DNA from: Terriglobia bacterium
GTDB lineage: Bacteria; Acidobacteriota; UBA6911
NCBI GenBank assembly: GCA_020072565.1
Contig: JAIQGI010000040.1
Coordinates: forward strand, 8-64,007
Length of the DNA stretch: 64,000 nucleotides
Direction: 5' to 3'
The notes beneath the pieces were generated by a model, which saw only the letters and a list, made by a program, of their open reading frames with translations, ran no database searches and had not been told where the DNA came from. This document shows positions 10,560 to 17,289 of the stretch, one piece after another. How positions within the stretch are numbered: the first letter of the stretch is position 1; every line of letters starts with the position of its first letter. The position numbers and the translations under genes are program-made.

Positions 10560-10904
10560 TCAAGTATCCGTCGCCGGACGCATCACGCTGGCAATCGCCT
10601 TTAGCAGTTTGTCGAATTCCGACACTTTCTTTTCCAGCTGCTTCCGTCCGGCGGCGGTCAGCCGATAATAACGGGCACGTCGGTTGTTGACCGAGTGGCC
10701 CCATTCGGACGCGATCCATCCTTGAATCTGCAGCCGCTGCAGCGCGGGATACAGGGATCCCTCTTCCACCTGGAGCACGTCCGAGGACAACTGCTGGATG
10801 TGTTGCGCAATCCCGTAACCGTGCATCACTCCCCGGGTAAGACTCTTGAGAATAAGCATGTCCAACGTGCCGGGCAGAAGCTCCATTTTCGACATTCCTG
10901 GCAT
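10560..10904 (-). CDS. PadR-family transcriptional regulator
   Basis: LLPGTLDMLILKSLTRGVMHGYGIAQHIQQLS...GSLYPALQRLQIQGWIASEWGHSVNNRRARYYRLTAAGRKQL. ATGs at 10904, 10895 and 10886 are all possible starts. Confidence 0.9.
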   Translation of the reverse strand: MPGMSKMELLPGTLDMLILKSLTRGVMHGYGIAQHIQQLSSDVLQVEEGSLYPALQRLQIQGWIASEWGHSVNNRRARYYRLTAAGRKQLEKKVSEFDKLLKAIASVMRPATDT

Positions 10905-10908
10905 CCTT

Positions 10909-10925
10909 CCATAGATGGTCTATGG
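10909..10925. promoter_or_regulatory. Perfect palindrome CCATAGA-TGG-TCTATGG just upstream of the PadR start
   Basis: 7-bp arms with a 3-nt spacer, 4 nt from the ATG at 10904 (13-22 nt from the alternative ATGs). It could be a PadR operator or an RBS-proximal RNA hairpin. Confidence 0.3.
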
Positions 10926-10939
10926 CTAGTATCAGGCTG

Positions 10940-11215
10940 AAATTGGCAGCTGTCAAGCTTTCCTCGCCGTCTCCTCTCATAGACATTCATTGGAACCATG
11001 TGAACTCATATTTTCGGGAACAGCCCGACCAGTCTGAGTTCGACTTGCAAGCAGGAGAGCAGCCAAGAAAGATCCCGCTTCAGGGAGAGCTCTGGGAGAT
11101 CATCAAGCGCCGAGCGCATGAACGTAAGGTCAAGATGCCCTCCGGCGAAGTCTTCATCTGTCCGTACGTTTTTTTCAGGAAGCATGGTCGTGGTGTTGTT
11201 GCGCCTTGGTTGTGA
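10940..11215 (+). pseudogene. 5'-truncated tyrosine recombinase (phage-integrase family) relic
   Basis: ...PLIDIHWNHVNSYFREQPDQSEFDLQAGEQPRKIPLQGELWEIIKRRAHERKVKMPSGEVFICPYVFFRKHGRGV fits the integrase stretch 'L.W.dvd...tK....r.iPL...l..il.rr......g..vF' that follows box I. The N-terminal about 150-200 aa are missing. The frame ends at 11215 and downstream frames are broken. Confidence 0.4.
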
Positions 11216-11510
11216 AGCTGAATTGGCACCGGTTTTCAACCACTTTGGCGGCACAACCCCAATGTCGAAAATGGCAACTGAATTCACGGCTTCGTGAGGC
11301 ATCATAACTCCTTTGGCAAAAGTCCTGCGCCAGCTGTTTTCGGAAATCACGCAGTGGGTGTATGACAAATCGGGTCTCGAATTGCCGGAGAATGAGCGCG
11401 CGTTCCTTTCCCGAATGGTCATTCCTCCCTGTATTTGTTAGGATGCTCCTCTGGCGCGGAACCCCGCTTCCGGGAACCGCGGCCCAAATCTTTCAGAAGG
11501 AGCCAACGCC

Positions 11511-14255
11511 ATGAAGGCCGCAAAAGTGCCGCCCGTGAAACCACCTTCCCCCCACGACTGGAGAACCACCGACGAGGATGAGATTGAGCGCAGGCGTTAT
11601 CGTGCCCAAACCGAGCAAATGCGAATACGGAACCTCGACCCCCGGCATCCCGTTTATTCGAACTTCGAAGTGAAATCGACGAGCGGCCTGTCCTATACGG
11701 TCGAGATCCGCAGCGTTTCCCAGAAGCGATTCTCCTGCAACTGCGTCGACTTCCGCATCAATGCTCTTGGAACCTGCAAGCATGTCGAGGCCACGCTCCT
11801 CTACCTTGAAGCCAGGCATCGGAGGCTTTTTCACGAGGCGCAGAAGAACGGCGGCGGGAGGATCGATGTTGTGCCTGATCTCCTGTCCGGAGGCTTGCAT
11901 ATCGAAGGGGCGGTGGGAATGCTGCCTCGCAGAGTTCGTAGGATCATAAAAGAGGAACAGAGACTTGTATCCGACGATCCTGAGCAGACTCTGGAATGCC
12001 TGCGCAGAGCAAGCGTGCCCGGCCTGCGGATTTCGCAGGACGTGGGGCCATGGCTGGAAGCGCGGCATCAGCGCGAGGAGCGCGTGATTTCACTCAGGGA
12101 ATACGAACGGAAGGTCCACGCGGGGGAATGGCCGCCGCACGAGACGTTGCTGCCCCTGTACCCATACCAGCGTGAAGGGATGCTGCACCTGGCTTTCAAG
12201 GAGCGCGCGCTGCTGGCTGATGAAATGGGGCTCGGCAAGACCATCCAGGCGATAGCGGCGTGTTCGCTTCTTCACCGTCTTGGAAAGGCTGCCCGCGTGG
12301 TCGTGGTTACTCCGGCTTCGCTCAAGACGGAGTGGGAGGAACAAATTCAGCGTTTCACGCAATTGCCGTATCAGCTGGTCTTCGGCCCTCGCCGCAAGCG
12401 ACTGAAACAATACTCGGACCCGCCCTTCTTTACCGTTGTAAATTACGAACAGATGCTGGCGGATGCCCTCGATGTCAATGCCCGGCTCCAGCCTGATGTC
12501 GTCATCCTGGACGAAGCTCAGAGGATCAAGAACTGGGGCACAAAGACTGCGCAGGCGGTCAAGCGGCTGCGCAGCCGCTATGCCTTTGTTCTGACCGGCA
12601 CACCGATTGAAAACCGGATCGACGAGATTCACTCCCTGATGTCTTTTCTTGATCCATCCGCACTGGGTCCGCTCTTCCGCTTCAATCGTGAGTTCTATCA
12701 ACTGGACGATCGCGGCAGGCCTTCCGGTTACCAAAATCTGGACCGGCTGCACTCCCACATCGCGCCATTTCTATTGCGCCGGCGCAAGGCGGACGTCGAG
12801 ACGGAACTCCCGGACCGGACAGACAGGACCTATCTCGTCCCCCTAAGCCCGGAGCAATCCAATCGATATGCGGAACATGAGGCCAATGTCGCGCGCCTTG
12901 CCAGCATCGCCAAGAGACGTCCGCTGACGCAGCAGGAATCGGAAAAGCTTCTGCGCGAACTGAACATGATGCGCATGACGTGCGATACGAACTACATCCT
13001 CGACCCCAAGGAGCGGGCCTGCCCGAAGCTGGGCGAGCTCGGGAAGATCCTGGAAGAATGCCGGGAGAACCGGGATGTGAAGGTGCTGATCTTTTCAGAA
13101 TGGGTGCGCATGCTGGAACTGGTGCGCGAGCTGTGCGACCGCCTGGGTATGGGATACGCCCTGCACACCGGCTCGGTGCCGCAGCGGCGTCGACGGGCTG
13201 AGATCCTACTTTTCAAGTCCGATCCGGAATGCCGCGTATTTCTCAGCACCGAGTCCGGCGGCACGGGATTAAACCTGCAGAATGCCAGCATCGTCATCAA
13301 CTGCGATATGCCCTGGAACCCGGCGAAGCTGGAGCAGCGCATCGCGCGGGCATGGCGAAAACACCAGACCCGCCCCGTCACCGTGATCAATCTGGTTTCC
13401 GAGCGAACCATCGAGCATCGGATGCTGGCCACGCTGTCGGCTAAACAGCAACTGGCCGACGGCGTACTGGATCTGCGTGGTGATCTCAAGGACATAAAGC
13501 TGGCATCGGGGCGACAGGCATTCGTAGCCCGATTGCAGCAGATCATGGCGCAGTGTTTGCCCGCAGCCGAACCTGTCCGGCCCAAGCCTCTACCGGTGGA
13601 CCGCGCCCTCGCATTCAGCGAGGCGGCAAAACAGAAGCTGGGCGCGGCGCTGGTGCGTTGCGAAGAACGCTTCCCGATCGAGGGAAGCCACTCCGTTGTG
13701 CTCGCGGTGGTCGAGGGGGACGCCTGCGCGTGGCAGGAAAAGCTCGCGCCGGTGCACGCGGAGCTGTTTGGGAATGGAAGATCGGATCCTCTGGCGCCCG
13801 TAAAGCTGGAGGTGATCGACCGCGCAGCATTTGATGCAGTTCAGCGACTCATGGCCGCCGGGTTGATTGCGCCTGCGACCCGCGCCATTCGCGAGCTTTT
13901 TGCGGGCGCGGAGCAGCCACCCGGCCAGCTCTCAGAGGCGGACCGTCTCAAAGCGCAGGCCCATCGACAGCAGGCCGGCCGGAAACTCAAGATGGCGCGA
14001 CTTCTGGCGGCCGGCGGACTTCCGGAAGAGGAACGCGAGGCTCTGCTACACTCGGCATCGTGGCTTGCCAGGGCGCTGGCGGTGGAGAACCACCTCCAGG
14101 AACCGGCGGAACTCGGCGAATCCTTGCGCGCGCCCGGGTCGATTTTCTGGGGTCCTGCTGCCGCGATACTGACGGAATATTCGGCAGATGCTTCCTCGCC
14201 GTCGGGCCCGGTTACAGAGGCGATCCAGAACCTGCTTGGAGGTATCCCTTCGTAG
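11511..14255 (+). CDS. SWIM zinc-finger SNF2/Rad54-family helicase (914 aa)
   Basis: SWIM CxC...CxH motif (FSCNCVDFRINALGTCKH). SNF2_N motifs are LYPYQREGMLHL, ADEMGLGKT, LDEAQRIKN and LTGTPIEN. Helicase_C motifs are STESGGTGLNLQ and WNPAKLEQRIARAWR. A C-terminal extension of about 300 aa has no recognised motif. AAGGAG lies 8 nt before the ATG. Confidence 0.92.
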   Translation: MKAAKVPPVKPPSPHDWRTTDEDEIERRRYRAQTEQMRIRNLDPRHPVYSNFEVKSTSGLSYTVEIRSVSQKRFSCNCVDFRINALGTCKHVEATLLYLEARHRRLFHEAQKNGGGRIDVVPDLLSGGLHIEGAVGMLPRRVRRIIKEEQRLVSDDPEQTLECLRRASVPGLRISQDVGPWLEARHQREERVISLREYERKVHAGEWPPHETLLPLYPYQREGMLHLAFKERALLADEMGLGKTIQAIAACSLLHRLGKAARVVVVTPASLKTEWEEQIQRFTQLPYQLVFGPRRKRLKQYSDPPFFTVVNYEQMLADALDVNARLQPDVVILDEAQRIKNWGTKTAQAVKRLRSRYAFVLTGTPIENRIDEIHSLMSFLDPSALGPLFRFNREFYQLDDRGRPSGYQNLDRLHSHIAPFLLRRRKADVETELPDRTDRTYLVPLSPEQSNRYAEHEANVARLASIAKRRPLTQQESEKLLRELNMMRMTCDTNYILDPKERACPKLGELGKILEECRENRDVKVLIFSEWVRMLELVRELCDRLGMGYALHTGSVPQRRRRAEILLFKSDPECRVFLSTESGGTGLNLQNASIVINCDMPWNPAKLEQRIARAWRKHQTRPVTVINLVSERTIEHRMLATLSAKQQLADGVLDLRGDLKDIKLASGRQAFVARLQQIMAQCLPAAEPVRPKPLPVDRALAFSEAAKQKLGAALVRCEERFPIEGSHSVVLAVVEGDACAWQEKLAPVHAELFGNGRSDPLAPVKLEVIDRAAFDAVQRLMAAGLIAPATRAIRELFAGAEQPPGQLSEADRLKAQAHRQQAGRKLKMARLLAAGGLPEEEREALLHSASWLARALAVENHLQEPAELGESLRAPGSIFWGPAAAILTEYSADASSPSGPVTEAIQNLLGGIPS

Positions 14256-14280
14256 TACAAAACTCCAGGATGACGGGATC

Positions 14281-14971
14281 ATGACCATCAAGAATCGTTC
14301 CGCGCGGCAAAGCGGAAAACTGAGAATCGGCGATGACTGGAACGCTATTACGATCATTGCGCTGTTGCAGCAAAATCCACTTAAGGCCGTCGCCGAGCTG
14401 GTTGAAAATTCAATTGATGCGGGCGCCGCCAACATCGCCATTACCCGAGGCAAAGAGCACAGTCAGCATTATCTCCGGATTGCCGACGACGGGGCCGGGG
14501 TGCCGCGGACGGACGGATGCGCCATTTCTCACGTTGACGCCCGGCACACGCACCGGTTTGTTGTTCGATGATCGTTTTGCTGCCCTTTGCGAAGGGCTCG
14601 GGTCCGTCGCAGCCGCGGTTTCCAGCGCAATCGAAGAACAGCGTCGCGCGGAAGAGGACCGGGCCAGCCGGGAGATCCTGCGCTCGATCCACCGAGCCTT
14701 TCGTGAAGCAATGCTCAGCCTTCCTGCGGAGGAGTACGACTGGTTCGAAATCGCCGATGGGCGGGAAGGCGGAAAGACAGCATCGCACAGGCCCTCGCCG
14801 GGGCCGCAGCCGGAGGAGCCCTCAGGGGATGTTGCCGACGGCGAGGCCGACTCGGGCAGAGCGAATATAATGGTTGTGTATTGGTCCAACCGCCTACAGG
14901 CGCAAACATCGCACGGGGAACCGATGGAAATCAGAAGCAACTGTATCCAAAGCCGGCGCTGGTTCATCTGA
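14281..14971 (+). pseudogene. GHKL (Bergerat-fold, MutL/MORC-like) ATPase gene, frameshifted and internally deleted
   Basis: Frame 1 from the ATG at 14281 gives motif I AELVENSIDAG and motif II IADDGAGVP, then a stop at 14571. Frame 2 continues with ...AAVSSAIEEQRRAEEDRASREILRSIHRAFREAMLSLPAEEYDWFEI... to 14971. GHKL motifs III and IV are absent. The 3' end overlaps the convergent nucleotidyltransferase gene. Confidence 0.6.
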
Positions 14972-15788
14972 CAATGCCCAGCTGGTGCAGCAAGTAGTTC
15001 ACTTTTTCGAAAGCATCTCGCCGGCGGATGGCACGTTCCTCTTCGTCGAGCGTGTCGTCGAACTCTGCAGCATCCCTGGATCCGACATGATCCGGCGTCG
15101 CGAATTTTCCCGCGATTTTCTGGAGGCCCTCTTTGACCAGCCCCAGCTTGAGGTGAGGCTTGAACGCCTGCACGACCGCATCGACCCCGCCAGGATAGTT
15201 CTGGAGGATGAAGTAAATGTCGTAAGCATCTTTGGCTTTCCGGCGATCCTCAAGGGCAATGCCCTTCATCACCAGGAACGGGACCACCGAGGCGATTCGC
15301 ACTCGCACTTCATCCGCCGCACCATCCGGCAAGTGACCTCTCAACGTAACTGTTTCAGGTGCGACTTGGAAGGCAAGGTCGCAGCCACGCGCCTTGCGTG
15401 GCCGTATGTCGAGAGCCTTTTGTGTCCGGCGACTTTTGCCTGTGCCGCCATATTCGCCGGCAAGAAAATCCACCTGCACCACCTGCCCGCGAACGTTTTT
15501 GCGAAAGATGAACGGCTGCCGCCTATCTTCGACATATCCGTGCTCGAGCAGGATCTCGCCAATCATCCGGTAACCGGCCTCGGTCAATTCCTCATGGTTC
15601 AACGCCAGATCCACATCGATGCTGCCGACATGCCGCTCCGGGCTCTGCGGGATCAGCAACTCGGGAATCCAACCACCCACCAGGACGATGTCTTCTCGAT
15701 ACTCACCAAGGATGTGAGTCAACTCGATGAGCACGGATTTGGCCGCGTCCACGGCGGCGGCAGTGTAGTCTATTCGTTTATTGACCAT
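14964..15788 (-). CDS. Nucleotidyltransferase, AbiEii/AbiGii-toxin-like (274 aa)
   Basis: NTase signature VLVGGWIPELL...HVGSIDVDLAL (G-G...D-x-D). The later KGIALEDRRKAKDAYDIYFIL segment is typical of the AbiEii/DUF1814 type. Its ATG at 15788 overlaps the upstream gene by 19 nt. Confidence 0.7.
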   Translation of the reverse strand: MVNKRIDYTAAAVDAAKSVLIELTHILGEYREDIVLVGGWIPELLIPQSPERHVGSIDVDLALNHEELTEAGYRMIGEILLEHGYVEDRRQPFIFRKNVRGQVVQVDFLAGEYGGTGKSRRTQKALDIRPRKARGCDLAFQVAPETVTLRGHLPDGAADEVRVRIASVVPFLVMKGIALEDRRKAKDAYDIYFILQNYPGGVDAVVQAFKPHLKLGLVKEGLQKIAGKFATPDHVGSRDAAEFDDTLDEEERAIRRRDAFEKVNYLLHQLGIVR

Positions 15789-16831
15789 GTGGGTTGAATG
15801 ACCTGTTGCATCAGGAAATCCGCTGCCTCCTCACCGCGACCTTTGATTTGGCGGAGGTCGAGGTAAGTCTGCACCGGTGAAGTGACCTTGGCTTCATCTT
15901 TAAGTTGTACGCCGTAAAACACGCCCTCATCGTAAGGTGAAATCAGGTTCACATTGGCGCCACTCGTGACGGGCTTCAATTCAAGACGCTGGGTCACGCC
16001 ATTGAGGTCGCCCCGCACGTAAGCCATCGCTCGTTGATAGCGCACCATCGGGGCATACCGAGCCGCGCTGGAGAAACCGGCGAGCGCATAGGCTGTTTTG
16101 GTTTTTTTGCAATCCTTCGCCAGCATACGTTCAAAGTCGGCGGTGGGCCGGAGAGTGTAGAACTCACGGACAGAGCTTCGGCGATAGTCGTAATTCGCCT
16201 CCCACTCCGCCAACAATTCGGCGGGGGCCGTCAATCGGAACCCTTCATTGCCGGTTGCCATCCACTCCCGATCGACGAGAAGCTTTTTGACATTGAAGGT
16301 CTGGCCAAGGCTGACTTCTGCCGTGTCGGCCAACGTTTGCACCTTCCACCACTGTCCGGGCGCGGACAGCAGCACTCGGAGCACCCGCTCAGCCCTTGGC
16401 GAGTAAAGCGACCTTAGATCGCGTTTTCTGACAAATGGGTTTACCCTGCCCTCTTTTGAGATGAACACCTGGTCGAAGCTGAGCAGGCAGTTCCCGGCCA
16501 GGTCCACGAAGCCGAAGCCTTCCTTAAGACATATCGCGGCAGCCTTGGGCGAGATGTAGGGGGCCATAACTACACCGTAAGAATCGGGGAGGCTATTCTT
16601 GAGTCGCAGAAGCTGATTCGTGGCTTCCCGGATCGTGCGAGGCTGGCCTATCTTCCGCGCCTCGACAATCAGCGTAATCCTACCCCCAGGCCTTTTGACC
16701 TGGACGCGAAAATCCGTCCTGCCGTCCATTCCCTTTAACTCCCTTAGGGTTTCGACTCGCAAGAACGGCACTTCCTGGAGGCACTCCAAAAGCGCTTTCC
16801 TGGCCTGATCTTCCAGCGCGATATCTTTCAT
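15770..16831 (-). CDS. AbiEi-antitoxin-like wHTH protein with an extra N-terminal PD-(D/E)XK-like domain (353 aa)
   Basis: The ATG at 16831 has AAGGTG 7 nt upstream (the track start at 16849 is a TTG). The N-terminal about 120 aa contain GRTDFRVQVKRPGGRITLIVEARKIG, a nuclease-fold-like D...E-x-x-K. The middle has a wHTH (RVLRVLLSAPGQWWKVQTLADTAEVSLGQTFNVKKLL). The C-terminal ...VTSPVQTYLDLRQIKGRGEEAADFLMQQV resembles AbiEi C-terminal domains. Confidence 0.65.
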   Translation of the reverse strand: MKDIALEDQARKALLECLQEVPFLRVETLRELKGMDGRTDFRVQVKRPGGRITLIVEARKIGQPRTIREATNQLLRLKNSLPDSYGVVMAPYISPKAAAICLKEGFGFVDLAGNCLLSFDQVFISKEGRVNPFVRKRDLRSLYSPRAERVLRVLLSAPGQWWKVQTLADTAEVSLGQTFNVKKLLVDREWMATGNEGFRLTAPAELLAEWEANYDYRRSSVREFYTLRPTADFERMLAKDCKKTKTAYALAGFSSAARYAPMVRYQRAMAYVRGDLNGVTQRLELKPVTSGANVNLISPYDEGVFYGVQLKDEAKVTSPVQTYLDLRQIKGRGEEAADFLMQQVIQPTWSINE

Positions 16832-16842
16832 TGTTATCACCT

Positions 16843-16930
16843 TTTTCAACTAATGCTGAAAGATACTATTTTACTGAAAATGACGCAAGACATTTTCAGT
16901 AATTTGCTATTTTTCAACATCGGTTGAAAA
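16843..16930 (-). promoter_or_regulatory. AT-rich promoter/operator patch with two perfect inverted repeats and a reiterated octamer
   Basis: IR-A is TTACTGAAAATG-N8-CATTTTCAGTAA (16871-16902). IR-B is TTTTCAAC-ATCG-GTTGAAAA (16911-16930). A third TTTTCAAC copy sits at 16843-16850 next to the RBS. All lie 12-99 nt upstream of the ATG at 16831. Confidence 0.55.
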
Positions 16931-17163
16931 CTATCAGCTCGATGAAAACGCCTGTTTTGACCCGGGCTCTCTGGGCAAGAAATGGACACCTCAAAGGTTG
17001 CAGCGCTGGATGGCGTATGGTCAAAATATTCGGCCGAGTTGGAAATGATTGTAATGGAGTAACTTGCTACGGCTTCCTGGGACGACGAGTGCGATGTTTG
17101 ACAGGCAGCCCTGGACGCCGGATGCTGCAGATTCTCACCGCGCACCCGGAGGAAAATGTGAAG

Positions 17164-17253
17164 TCCCTATTGCAGCCATGGCAATTGTTTCTTGTGATCC
17201 TCGCGAGCTGGGTTGATCGCCGACAGCAGGATGCGATCGAGTACCTGCGGATG
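17164..17253 (+). pseudogene. N-terminal relic of an IS transposase (integrase-core type)
   Basis: SLLQPWQLFLVILASWVDRRQQDAIEYLRM resembles the '...LLASW.NRRQQ..IEYLREEN...' N-termini that I recall from a transposase family common in Planctomycetes and Acidobacteria. Only about 30 aa are recognisable, and the remainder is cut off by the permease 3' end at 17290. Confidence 0.3.
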
Positions 17254-17289
17254 GACCGCAACAGAAGATCAGATTCGCGGCGGAGGACT

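Noticed and set aside
10537-10986. N-terminal extensions of track ORFs: 7876-10986 (1036 aa), 52140-54296 (718 aa), 61130-63886 (918 aa), 48355-49110 and 42298-44130.
   Set aside because: The extensions run through upstream genes or intergenic DNA and lack family similarity. Internal ATGs with good Shine-Dalgarno sequences give N-termini that match family expectations (signal peptides, or the conserved ADOP/KdpA starts).
11511-16849. The idea that the SNF2 helicase marks a DISARM, BREX, Zorya or Druantia-type system.
   Set aside because: None of the required partners is present in the islet. There is no DUF1998, PLD, methyltransferase, PglZ, ZorAB-like or very large DruE-like protein. Only a GHKL fragment and an AbiE-like pair accompany it.
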